A stretch of DNA of 64,000 nucleotides. Origin: Phoronis australis (Eukaryota; Animalia; Phoronida). The stretch spans positions 655,731 to 719,730 of the forward strand of contig NMRA01000082.1 in the NCBI GenBank assembly GCA_002633005.1, in the 5' to 3' direction. The notes below the pieces were generated by a model, which ran no database searches, was not told the DNA's origin, and worked only from the letters and a program-made list of their open reading frames with translations. Positions 25,783-39,200 of the stretch are shown one piece after another. Numbering within the stretch: position 1 is the stretch's first letter; each line of letters starts with the position of its first letter. The position numbers were made by a program, and so were the translations under genes.

Positions 25783-27099
25783 ATGTACACCAATCGAGCT
25801 ACGTTTTGTATCTGTCCCATTCGCTTCGAATTCCAATGTTTCTTTCATTTTTTCGAAGGATTTTTACTCCACTCAGACTGTTCACGTGGCGGATCACATC
25901 CCACATGAACATGTATGCACTTGCACGTTAGCTTGCACGTTTTCTCTAGTAAAAGAAACAGTTTCATTTGTAAAGATTTGTTTCTTGAAAAGAGATAACA
26001 AAAAAGAAAACAATGGTAACTGTGCATTGGATTTGTAACATCTCCTGAATATACATGTAGTTAAATAACAAAGATATCTATTGTTGTAGTTACCAAAGAA
26101 TCGGCGCCTGAGATGCAGTCCATGTAATATTCAGCAATTGAAAACCAAGACAGAAATGTCATATACTTAACAGTCCTGTTCCAAATGTTACGGTTGGGAC
26201 CTAATTACATGTTGAGTGTTATTGCACTGCTGCAATTGTATTACTTTAAGCTATTTTCGGAAAGTTTGATCACTGAACCAGCTAACGACATCCAGCCGAA
26301 ATTGACATAAGTTTTGAAACTTCCATATCAGAGGTCACTGTAGTGCGGTAGTGATTATGGGAAACAATATAACATGGCCGTATTGGACTCGCTGATTCAA
26401 CGCGTATGAGATAAAATGATTTTTGATTAGTGAATTTTATTATCTTGTTCACAGAAATTGTTCCATCGTTCTTAACCAAGCAGCTAACAGTGCATGGCCG
26501 GGAAACCTATCGTAGTCAGGCTCCAATGGTCGTCCACCATATTCTTTCGCGTGCAGCGCAGCTACACGGGACTGCGTTTCAGTTTAGAACGCTCGTTTAC
26601 TAAGTTATCGCGAGAGACACGCGTAGAAGAAATGAGATAAAAATCGGTGAGTTTAGCAACTGTTTTTTGAAACCACAAAAAATATAGATTTTACTAATAC
26701 ACCTTTGTGTTCATTTTCAGAATATGCTTTCGAAATTATATTTTCTTCATATTTGATACAAAATATAATCCAGGCTTTGGTTGTGCAATGTATCTATTTG
26801 ACCCAGTAAGATTTAGGACAAAGGAAAAACCCGCAGACAAATGAAATACAATGGGTGATTAACATTTTGGCATTACGTACTGGACATTAAAGTGTTGTCC
26901 ACTTGGTTTTTATTGCAAAACACAATGTAGGGCTCAACATTATTACTGAAACTTGTGTTTAATATTTTTTCTTTGATTTGAAGAAATTTAAGTTACGTGA
27001 CGCAAAATAATCAAAAAAAAGATAATTATTGAGTTTTATTATATCGCAATGATACAACACAGTAGCGCATAAAGTGTCGAAAAAGGGTTAAAAATAAGA

Positions 27100-27840
27100 C
27101 ACCGGGAATAAATTAGAAACGTACCAAATTGTTGTACAATATGGTCTTGAAAGTGTTGCAAAAATACGGGGTGCAAGATACAGCGCTGTGATACAGAGTG
27201 AACGGGAAGATTGATCCCGATTGTGTCACCATGGTTGTTCCTCCCATCCTCAGGATAGAACAAGAGGCCATGATGGCGAAGCATCTGAGAGAAATGGCCA
27301 ACTCAAGAGAAGAAGTCCTGGATATAGCTACTGAAATGGATTTGTCAGAGAGTCTACGAGAAAGTGGGGAAAAAAAATCTTACCTCTGACTTTAGCAAAT
27401 TTAAAATACTCTCATTTGACTCAACAGTCGTCCCTGTAGTTTTCTTGGCTTCACCCACCGTTATCCCTGAGAGCCGGGTTTTCTGAACGATTGAACCATT
27501 GTATCGAGGTCAAACGATCAACTTCCATCAACCAAGTTGAAGGGTTGCAGTTCTGTTTTGGCTGGCAAGGTGTTAACAGAGAATGAAGAAATATTAAAAA
27601 GAAAGGAGAAAATAACAAAGACATGCTGTCACAAGCAGCAAGAGCAAACGAAATCAACTACATGTAAATGGGTTACAAGAAGCAAGTGAACATACTGGTC
27701 TATCTGGAAACGGGGGACCAGGAAACAGTCAGTAAATTCGGATTGCAGTGACAGCACCGATTCAAATGAAGAAGATGAAGTATACTGATGTACATGTTAG
27801 AAGTGGTCGCCTCCACAGCATCGAGACAGCTCGTCACTGG
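27100..27840 (+). pseudogene. Possible decayed transposon ORF, family not identified
   Basis: Fragmented coding-like frames (NGKIDPDCVTMVVPPILR...) with an acidic end and RSGR. No splice support. Confidence 0.3.
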
Positions 27841-28540
27841 TTATAGTGAGCTGGGGAAGATGCGATTTTCCCAACTTTGACCACCCAACAGGATGCATCT
27901 GAGATTTTGTTGCAATGTACAATCTCTGAGGCATCGTGACAACTTTTTTCTGTTCATGTCACAACGTTTGATGTCGATAAAGCCAACATCCAGTAATGTA
28001 AGAAAAAACGTTTAGATTGTGGGAGTAACTTTTAAGAACAACAATATTAGATTGCTGTAAATTTGATAATGTTGCGTGTACGTAATTAGCTCTCATTTTC
28101 ACGTTCCGATTATTTTGTTGTTTAAATTTAAAAATCAATTATTCACCAAAAAAGTGGAAATTACGATCTAATTAAATCCACCTTATATCAATGAAAATAG
28201 TCTGTTGCAATATTTATTATTTGTTGACCGCTTTCTGCAAGTTTCTCAGTTTTTACAAAAGGGGACAGCATGTGATGGCCATTTAGGTCATAATAAAAAG
28301 TAATGCACAGTTGAAATAATTTAGCATAAAGTAAAGGAAAGTCTCGAATCGATGAATACAATATACCTGGGAGGGTTAAATCAAATCCTATTCACTGCAT
28401 AAATTTCAAATGGCACAACTCAATAAGTACGACAACAAACCGGTTTTATGCTTAAGCGAACGACCATTGGTTTCCCGAGTGTACCACGCTATCAGTAAAG
28501 ATGTGGACAAAACCTTGTCTAGTTTTAAGCTGTATTTCGT

Positions 28541-28940
28541 CATAGATTATAGACAACAGATTCCCAACTCCGACATTTTCTTGCGTACTATCCTAGACGA
28601 GGTGCCACTCTCCTAAATTACCAATTTCAGTTTCCGGTTAGTGTATTGTGGCGGGAAATTGTCGCAGCTGTTTTGCTGACCAGTACAACGAAAAAAAATT
28701 CAACATTGAAACGTTGTTTAAAGGTATCCAATAATGGAGCTGTTGGTATCGTGAGTACTTTTGGCACCCGACCACACAACAGCCGACCATGATTAGCAGA
28801 CGACTTATTTGCCGGAAGCAAAGCTGTCTAAGTTTGCCACGTGTTTATAGTGAACAGTGACGTCACTACTTATGCGTAAGATCTCAAATTTCTTCCATTG
28901 GAAATATACGGAGTTGGCGGTCCATGCACTATAGTCTGTG
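28541..28940 (-). mobile_element. Second, shorter copy of the P-like family in inverted orientation
   Basis: Ends CATAGATTATAG ... CTATAGTCTGTG. About 170 bp is homologous to 25108-25280. THAP start MVGCCVVGC. No clear TSD. Confidence 0.8.
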
Positions 28941-30182
28941 ATATCTTTAAAAACTTTATCTAGGCTAAGACTTACAGTCAAGATATTCTTCTACTTCCGG
29001 AAAATCGATATCATGACATTAGTTACCGTTAAAGGATATTTTCGTTACTATAAATAACACCGGGAATCACCAGCGATTCAAGAAAACGCTTCAATTTTAT
29101 TGCAGTCTGCCAATCTTATGATTGCGATTTTTTAAGAAAGAAAAATTTTGCCACTGATAAAATGACGACGCAGCAGGAGAAATTTCGCTCTTTGTGTTTC
29201 TTTCTCAATAGCAATCACACAGTAGCAAATTTTCTTGTCTGTAGTCACCTGAAAGGGTCACATAATTTAGTTGAAGAAAGCAAAATCAGGTGTTAATCAA
29301 GTCACTTTTTGGTAAAACATCCCATTTGGGATTTGGACGTGATTTTTTCGGCAACCCATTTTCTTCTTGAAAACCGATTGTAAAGCTCCCTGCCATTTGA
29401 ACAACCCAGGTGAGCCTAACATTTACGCACAGCAAACATTAATTGATAATTTAAACTATTTTTATATGATCAAAATCGCACAGTATTTGCCGCTTTGACA
29501 GCAGTTTTGTGATTTATTCATTTGCAGAGACCTAGGAATCTCCTAGCTTTTAGCTCCTCTGATGAACTCTTCTTCGAAATTTGTCATTACAGAGTGCCTC
29601 GGGAACACGCTCAAAACAACACTGTGGGAAATAAAGCAGATCCAGCGTTAAGTCACAATTTTCAATTAAAAAATAAAACCAAATTCAAGGAAAAATCAAG
29701 GCTGTCGAATTGAAGAAATCTGCTGGATCATTAGGCCTTGATTGCCATGACCAAGCCACACTTGTACATGTAAATCTCGTACCCACAATGCTGTAGCATC
29801 CCTCATGGAGTTATATGTATATGGCCTCGTTTTCGCACCGTTGGAATTTCTCATATATTTTATTGCTGTCTAGATTTGTTCATTTTTCTTGAATGTAACA
29901 TCTTCGTATTCAATGTTCCAGTGCCAGCTAAGTTTATATATGTGCAGTGGGCTGCCCCTCCAACAGCGGAAATTTGGATAAACTTCAGAAGTTGATGCGA
30001 TATTTACTGACATGATTCGTTAAATCAGCTCAACATTTCTAAAACGGGGACCAGTCTAACGAAAAGTTTTCTTAAATGTACCTCCATGACAAATGGGGTT
30101 TCGATCCGGGACCTTCCTAGTGAAAACGGGACTTGACTGGATCATAATGTTTCCACCATGTTTATTACAGGGCTGCGAACAG

Positions 30183-30255
30183 ATGGAACAATTCTTTCTA
30201 TGCCAGGCTATGGCTGTATTGTCATTGTTATTGGCATCCCCTTCGTTAAGTGCAG
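30183..30255 (+). CDS. Gene 2 exon 1: signal peptide
   Basis: ATG at 30183, MEQFFLCQAMAVLSLLLASPSLSA, then phase-1 donor cag|gtaaag. Confidence 0.75.
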
Positions 30256-33200
30256 GTAAAGGAATATAATTCCAGTCAGGACCTAACTCTCCGACCCACA
30301 CTTCACTCAGACTACAACCTTACCAATCTGCCTATGGTTACGTCCGACGTTCTTTAACTGCTTGTCAATAATTGTATCCTGACATTTCAAGAGTGAGGTG
30401 CAAACATACAATTAAATCTAGACGAGCACGCAACGTCATTCTTGCTACTAATTCATACAACGGGACGCTTACTAGTTATATTTCTCAATTTACTTCTTGT
30501 AATCATACCCCTTAGTTTAGTAGATATCAAAGTCCGCTGTTGCTTCTTTCAGTTTGCACCGGAGGCAGGTTTGGATTTAACTGCACTGGCTACTGTCACT
30601 GCAAGAATAAGACAAGTTTCAACCAAGGGTGCAACCCTTACACGGGGAGATGCTTTAGAGATGGCTGTGAACCTAGATACATTGGCAAATATTGCGAATT
30701 TGACCGTAAGTTTCCTGCAATACAAACTTATTCGTTAAATTTAGATCCTCGCGACACAACGGTTACAGTTTCTAGTGATTCAGTGTAATGTAACACAGTA
30801 TATCCAAAACTTAAATACTTTGAAGAAAACAACGTAACTTTCCCAATGAGCCATAAAAAGCACATGTGGGGGTTGCAGCAGGGTACGTTCTGGATAGCTC
30901 TCAGACCACCTCGACTGTCACGACACCCACGCCACACAGTCCCCTCGACCCACGACCCCCTAAACCCACCACCCACGGCCCCTAGACCTACGACCCCCTC
31001 GGCCCACGGCCAACAAGACCCTCGACACATTCTGCCCATGCTGGACTCAATCTGAACAAGATCTGACTTGCAGGACCAATGAGTTGAACCATGCGTTCGG
31101 CTGGCTTTTCCCTATTTTTGCAAACCTTTTCAAAGTCCAACCAACGTTACAAATGTCGTTCCCGGCAGAGTGTAATTGTCTCGTCTGCTCTACAAGATTT
31201 AAGCTTTTTTGGGAGAGTGTGGGGAACACACAAACATGTAATATATTCAGTAAACACTGTAAGAACTGTTAACTAAAAGTACCTCATTATTACAAGGAAT
31301 ATATTATAAACGAATACACAGCAGAAAGCAAATAAAATGCGAATTTTATGTACATTCACGTTGACATACGCTCTCCTTAAATTTTGTGAAACACGGCCAT
31401 TCCTGACCGCCCATGAAGCTATTTCCGTGACAACCATAGAACACTCACAATTGACCTATCGCCAGGATTATGACGGACGGCTTAATTGACCAATCAGAAC
31501 AAAGCATTCTTGGCACACCTTCGTCTGTGTTTCCAAGCCGCCATTATACCCGACAAACCACACGTAGTCGAGTAAAACTTACTTTAGTCTATAGCTCAAG
31601 AAATTGTCCGCTAAGAATGGGGAAACGGTGTTGATATGGCTTGTGCAGCACCAACAGCCGTTATGCTGCTCCAGAATAATATCCCGTCATTTTTTGGCAT
31701 GTCCTAAGCCGAACATTGATGTTGAAAAGCATAAACTATGGATCAAACTGTATGTCCACACGAGCAGCTGAACTTAGCGATGTTGCTTGATAACTCGAAG
31801 GCTATAATAAACACAAATATAATAGTTCCAAGATACGCACTTTTCAGCTTGATGGCTATATGGTGAAGGGCTATCTAAGATTTTGACTCCCGAGTTTCCT
31901 ACGTCTGGCCGCCTTTGTCTCGACACCTGCTGGATCTTAGCACTCTAGCGGTATAGTCCCCGGAAATTGTTGTTTTCAAGGACATTTTTATTTTATATTT
32001 TTTTATTTAGTTCAACCTAACAGAGGTAAGTTTTTGTTATTCATAAACCCGTAGGCTGGCGTTCAGCTGAACTTCTCTCCCGATCAATATTCAGAGATTC
32101 GATCTGCACATGCAGGGAGGGGCACTGGATTACTGCCGGTAACTCAAAGCCTTGATCGAGCTGTTGTCACTAAACATAAACTGTTGAATTACTTTTTGAC
32201 GTGTACCTCTAGAATACACTATGTCTGTAGAGTTAGACAGAGCTCAGTTGTTCAGACATGATATTTAGATTTATGAAGCTATAAAAAAGAATTTGAGTTA
32301 TTTTTGTAAATACCCTATTTTTGCAACTACCACATCAGACTTGTAATCTTTCAAGTTGTAACATACCACGACTTGGTAATTATGCTACCTTCAAAATTAA
32401 ATGAAAGCTATCTTTATGGAATGAAACTACAAAAAAATGCCAAGTTCGTAAGAAGGTAGGCTTAATTTAAATGTCTTAATGGTGCAAACGGACAATTCCA
32501 TAGGCGGATTTAGGGGGTGGGGCAGTGGCCCCGCCCCCCCCCCCGCAAGCAAAATGAAACAGCAAGAGCGTGAAGCGTGAGGAAATATTGAGTTCAGTAA
32601 CTTGGACCGGTAGCGAAAGAGGAGGGGCTCAGACCCCAGATCGCGGCGGAATCGTGTTCCTGTTTTTTTAGTCCACCGATAGATTTTCTGAACAGAAGGT
32701 CCAAGGGTCTGCATCCCAGGCCCCTGCAACTTTCAGGCCGCCTGTGTACACACAATTGCACTTTGCCCAATTCCACGAGGCAACATATTGGACCCCCCTC
32801 GTGGTATCCTAGATTCGCCACTGAGTACCAGACATTGACTTGACTGACTTAGACACAGCCCTAGACCTACCCCGCCGGAGCTAACTGTTTGCCTAGGACG
32901 AGATGAATGTGTACTTGAGCTATGAACCTGAATTTTTTTGATCAATATATTTCGTTACAAGATTAGAAAAGCGTAAAAAGTGCTGTCGAGTCGACCTAGC
33001 CAGAGACTATAATGCATGTGTCGTCTGTAATCTATGACCTACTTTACTCCGGGAGTCCCACCAGTTGTGACCTACTTTTTATTTGGCGAAATTTAGCAGA
33101 CGACAGAATAAAAATATCGGTGAATCTTTACTGATTTTATTAAAAAGATCATGAAATATATGGAATCGTACAGATAATTCGACTTGAAGGTACATACCCA

Positions 33201-36200
33201 GCTTTACATGAACATATCGTATCAGTGGCCTTGTCATTTGCTAGGTGAAGGTGGCCCCGAGGCAGAGGGGTACTTCGGATTTTCGCTGGCTCCTCGAGCC
33301 ATTTTTTCATCGTCACCTTTACAAATTCCCATATCATGAACGTACGATTCTCTGTTGAAAAGCATCGCCTCTTGTCTCTGTCGAAGCGTTTTCAAATAGT
33401 GCAAAAACACTCATAGATTCCACCAGGAACGTCGTTAAGCGACAGTGTATTTGCCTCTGACATCTCGTTCGAATGTCGGGTATCACGTGACTTTTCGCAT
33501 AGGGGCGGAGCTTGCGATAGGTCAATTGTCAATTTCTGATCAGGTTCTCACGCCACTTTCTGTTTTAAATACCAGATTAGAGCCAGGGCAGATTCGGGTG
33601 TAGGTATGCCTTATGGGAAATTCATTCAGCGACATGACTACGAAATGTGTAAAAAGCTCAAAGAAACATCAATTGCCACTGTTCGAGGGTGGAGGGGGTT
33701 GTGAGTCGTGAGTTGTGGGGTTGTGGGCCGAGCGTTTCGCGCGTTGAAGGGATCGTGGGGCGTGGGGGTCGAGAGGGTCGAGGAGATTTTAGAACAGCCC
33801 GTACTTTCTGTGTCGTCTTCAGTCAATTTCTACACTTGTCGCTCAGTAAAAGCCCTTCCTTTCATTACTTGGTGAAGTAGACAGGGGATATGACGTCATG
33901 CCACCTGCCGGGCGCATTGTTAAAATTGGTGAGAAACCGATTTTTGGAACTGAACGAGGGACTATTCGAAGAAAAGGTATGATAAAGGGAGTTTTTGTTC
34001 GAGTTTGAAGGAATTAAATACATTGACGGTTTTCTAAGGTTTCCTTCTATGCGCAAAAAGTATTTATAACAACGTGACTTTGATATTGTAGTCTGTGCGA
34101 GGCTTAATTCGCCGAAAAGCTTCCGGCGTATGAAGGGCATGTAGGAACTCAACCGTCCTACTGGCGGCGCCAGTAGGACGGTGGCCATTGTCTATTGGTG
34201 AAGTTGAAATTTTTCAAAACTACACAGCCGCTTTCACTGTTTTCGTTGGAAAGTCTGTTGGGTCTCCAACGAGTCCACTCGATACTGAACTGTGTTGTTA
34301 CAAGAAATTCGGGTCTCATTGAATGACCGTTAACTTTAAATCAGTTTTAGCCTGTACTCCTAAACAACTAATCTAGCTCAAATTTCAAGAGAATATCCCT
34401 GGAGAGGGCAGTTCATGCCTGGTACAACTCAGAGCATAATTGCGCTTGAAGCGCATGTAATTGTGTTTTGGTATACGTACATACTACGTTAGTCACGAGG
34501 AGGATAGTTAAGTGATAATCAACCAAAACGTCCGCTTATGCAATATTTTGTTTATGTATACGCTGATCTTAAAGTTTGTGTGGTTTTGATCGATTAAATT
34601 TTTCGTCAGCTTAAATTATGTTACTTGTGTGCTTGTTTTTGGATTTTACGAAATAGGGTTTTCATTCATTTCAGTGAAAACAAAGAACACAGTCGAATTA
34701 AAGGAAGACGGGATGGTCCCTGCAGATGTTATTCAAAAGGACGAGGGCAAAACCTTCACTTTCGAGTGTATTCTCAAGACAACTGAATGGAGCTTGGCTG
34801 GACTTGACTCCATCAACATTGAAAAGCGGCCGCTGAATCGGGTATCAGTGCATTCGGTTTCCTAGAGTAACTGCTCGGGGCTCGATGAAGTTAGATACGT
34901 TAAAATCGTATTTAGCTGGCTACTAGAAATGTTTTGTAGAACCTTTATTAAATTGGTGGATTAATTCCATCTGAAATGAAACTGCGTGAATTTGGTACTA
35001 CACACAGATATGACAAGTACTGTACGTACGCCAACAGAACAAGGTCATTCGCTGCACTCGGGCACAGAACCTTTCTGTTCTATTGCACTTATTCCAGGAT
35101 CAAAAAACAAGACATCAAACGGAAGTGGGACCCGTCGAAATGTTGATACCCCCACACTGTGCAAAGTAAACGTTTCTTAGGGCATTTTAGGTCCATGTAT
35201 GGCAAGAAGTTTGTGGCATGCGCTAAATCTTGTCTACATCCCTCCATACAATATGTGCGGGGACAAGCTATTGTTAACAGGTTGGAAAGTCACATAATTT
35301 GCCGGTAACCTGGTTACATTAAAACCTTAAAAAGACAAAAAAAAACTCAATATTTTCAGATACTATCTTCCACGGTTGGCTAAAATTTAAATAGTTGTTA
35401 TGTGCCCTTACTTGCAACTGAGTCGTTTTCCTTACAGTTGATGTGTGCGTCCTACCACTCGAGATGTTTAACGTCTATTAATTTTGACTTTCTTACAGGA
35501 TACAATGGCCTTTAAGAACATCAACAAAATAAAAAGCATAGAAACACCTTTTTTTGAAACCGGGAGATTCAATGTTATAGGGTATGACGTTGCATTCTCT
35601 TCCTACAATGTATACTTGGGCAACGCAAAGATAAGAATATCAGGTAAGTTTAAGGCGGAGATTTCTTCCTTGGCAATATTTTGGTTTTGCTTTCACGAAA
35701 ATGCATGTACATGTGTGTTCATCATACTTACCCTTGCAGATGGTACTATTAAACTATCTCAAAATGAAAAGCTACAAGCGTTGCACAGAATCTACCGATA
35801 CACGTTTAATGAAATACAGCGGTAAGGTGAACGTAAAGAGCCCAGCCTCAAAGACGATGCCGACGATGTATTTTTGTTCCCCTATATGTAAAGATCCAGT
35901 AACACAAGAAAATGCAACTCCAGGCCAACTTCAGGGAGTATCGCATGCACAGTTCTACCATACAATATGACCATGATAAATATAAATCAAAACTAATGTT
36001 GGGCTAACTGCCTTTCGTCACCTTGAGGATCCTTAATGAATAAGTTAGTAGCTACAGACAATACCACCACATATGATTTTCAGTGCTCGATTTGGCGATT
36101 AGCATCTTGCCAATGCGTCAAGAGCTTGTATTTGGTGGCTTGGGAATACCCCAGTGGTTTCGAGTGTCTGCTTGATCCATTGTTTAAGAAGGATTCACAC

Positions 36201-39200
36201 AGATTATGTTATTTCATTGAAGATACGACTTTGATCCATTTTCAACACGTTCGTGGTCGCAAGATAACTCGTTAGGAGCTTGTAGACAGTACAGTCATTA
36301 GATACATTGGAAATGATGTACACAGGTTACGAATATTAGAGTCGCTTCTAATAATGTTTGAAAAACCCAGTTTGAATGAGCAGCTAACTGGAACTCGAAG
36401 GACTCTATCATTATTTAGATGATCTGTAGATTATGTTGCACAGCAACCTACATGTATGCATGGTAATATATGCATGTTTTATCGTCATAGTTGCGCATGC
36501 CAACTTCACGTGTTATATTGCATTGGTCATTTTTGATGTGCGTTTTACTGCGAACTACTTGAGCCTGAAGATGAGATATGTGTCTCGAAATATGGCTTTT
36601 TAAATTATGTTACCTACTGATGCTGTGTGGATTTTTATTGCGCTGTTGTGATGTAGAGACAAAGTCTCTATTTAGAGAGTTTGAAAAAAAATGAAATTAA
36701 ACAAGTAAAAACAGACCAAAGTCGTGTCTTCAATGACATATGTATACGAGAAAGGTCACAGCCAAAATATAGTGATAGATTATATTACCTAACAAAAATA
36801 CAATTGGGAAATTTAATGTGAATGCGCAAAGAGCTCGATTAAACATTGTTTAAGCTATGGGAGCCTCGACATAGGGATCACTGTTAGATGAGGGAAAATA
36901 GGGTCGCGATAGGGTGATTTATACCAAAATATCATGGGAATGGTTTGTATTTACAGGACCAATGGAATGGATTTTTTATAATCACGACAGCAGCAAGAAT
37001 TTTTTGTTTGGTGATTTCCGTTGTGAGGCTCGGCTATCTCAGTCTTCATTTGGCGACTCGGGATTTTCGCTTAGTCGGAATATACAGCTGATACTTCATT
37101 TGTCAGATTTGTGGGTTTACAAAGAACTGGCATTTCATTGTATTCTGAGACTGTGCTTAACGCTTTAAGTCACTAGCCGATACAAGAAAACTTGTAGACC
37201 CTAATGTCAAGGAGTTCGAATTTTTTAGAAGCCCTGAAATAACCCCAGACTTGAGGACAATGTCGTAAACGTAAGTCGTCTCAGTCACATGTTCCCCCTT
37301 TAATTTGGTTGTAATTTATTGGAGAGTGTAACTTGGCGACTACATGTTCGCAGCACTCAAGGTAGAAGATTCTGGAACATACAGATGCACTTTAGTGAGG
37401 AATCATGATAACATCGCCAAACTCCGTTTCAATTCCTCTGAAGTCACCTTAGTTGTCCTGAGTAAGTATCATGTATCGGAACCAAATGATGTAAATGAAG
37501 AAATGAAGTAAAACGGATTAAGTTGCAAATCACATTTTATCAAGCCAAATTATGCTATTCCATAGATTTGCACTCCAGTGCATGTGCCCAGAACAAGGCT
37601 GAATAATGTTGAGGTTTCTTACATTGTTTTTTATTGTTTCAACCTTTCAATACTTTCATGGGTTGAAGTCCTTTGTGAAGTTGAAATTGAGGCAGAGCAA
37701 CATACACGAGGAACGTTAAAACTTTACGAAATAGGAGTAAACATGGAGTAATTTCATTTCGCCAATTGCAAAACAGTCACCGCACAGCAACGTAATTGGA
37801 GAACTTTAATCTCACTGAGTAACAATGCTGGTTAGAAGCACAAGGATTTTCGCCCTGCCTTAGGCCAATATTACTGTTTTGCAAATCTTCAAGAAAAGCT
37901 TTTAGCTTTTACGTAGTTATTCTTTCTTTTACCCGTGTTTCTGCTGTACACACCATGGGAAGATTGTGCGTCTTGGCAAGTGTGTAAAATGCTTGAGTGA
38001 TGTTCGGCTGCAAATGTTACCATCCCTCGTGCATTGTCCTTATGACTGGGAACCTAGGAATCAGTGTATCTTTCATTCGCCCCAACTTGCTTTAGAGATC
38101 GTGCATATAGAACGAAAGGAAATATTCAAACATCACCACATGCATGATAGCAAAGGAAGTTGCTGTACATGTAATTGTATCTGTATCGAGTGCCAGGATA
38201 CGATGTCCAATCTAGAAGACACCGATATGAGACGTTTTGTTTTTGGATTGAAAATATCAGACTTGTTTATTTTCACTGTTTAGACGAAAATAACTCTTTG
38301 GGGAAGATTGTAACGTGATATATTGTATTTATGTGCAATTGCTAATTTACAAAGACGACTAATTTCATGTCAAAAAAATCCCATTACAACTTTTCCCCTT
38401 TGGTCTTTGTAAACCTCTACCAACAGCTTTTACGTTCTTTATTTTAGTACTGAGTTATGATTTGCACTTGCAGGCAACAGCGATCAAACAGGAAATGAAG
38501 CATTTGAGGGTAGGTTAAACAATTTTGCCGATTATTTTTAACATTGTTCAGTGATGTCCTAGAGCTTCGTCATACATGTAGGTAGTAGACGTTGGTAGAT
38601 TACTTTCACGGGTCTTAACGTTATCAGTTGGAATAAATCTCTTGTGCTTAAGCGGTGCTAAAGCAAGCACGTATACGCCATTTGGTCGAACCAGGCCATG
38701 AAGCGAGTGAGAATTAAAAATGAGATAAGACATCTAAATAGTAAGGCAACTGAAATTATTTATCAAGCAATCGGAGCATTCACCATTCTTTCAGTAACAG
38801 AATAGTTTGCACATTTGTCTACGATGTATTGTCTATTTTGGAAACAAACTATTTATCTACGGGGCAGTTCAGTTTGATGTCGATTACGAAAACGGAAGTC
38901 GCCAGTAGGGATGAGCAGTTAGTCTCATAGGACGATGATTGGATAACACTGGTTGGTTGCAGGCGTCAACTTCCATCCGTTGTGACTATAACACGTTCCT
39001 CTGAAAACGGGAATCGGGTCACCCAAAATATTTACTTTAACAGTACCTTTTCCTCTTACTCGTAATTCCACTGCACATAGCAAATCAACTCTGTACCATT
39101 ATATCATTGTTTCTAATGAAGTGTCTTGTGATCACTTCTTTGGGTTACGGTGTACATGCACGTAAGATGGGTCGCATCGTTTTAGGTCTAACTAGTGGAT

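Larger units (their letters stand above)
31395..33610 (+). mobile_element. Deleted ISL2EU/Harbinger-like element: THAP remnant (+) and SWIM-like CSCKAG remnant (-)
   Basis: 31617-31780 is THAP-like (KRC..G.C...SRY...PKP.IDVEK..WIKL). Minus strand 33190-33240 gives TICSCKAG. Homologous to 47895-49620. Boundaries are approximate. Confidence 0.6.
30882..33800. repeat. Degenerate inverted arrays of (cctcgac/ccacgac)-type repeats bracketing nested elements
   Basis: A C-rich array at about 30900-31030 and its G-rich complement at about 33680-33790. Both outer ends read GGG..GTTCT. Confidence 0.5.

Noticed and set aside
25108-28940. One 3.8-kb transposon with 170-bp TIRs
   Set aside because: Each arm has its own two termini and the left one has its own TSD, so they are two separate inverted copies.
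35740-35821. Possible extra exon (ttgcag ... gtaagg) inside IgV-1
   Set aside because: It is phase 1-2, would frameshift the V domain, and has no counterpart in V2.
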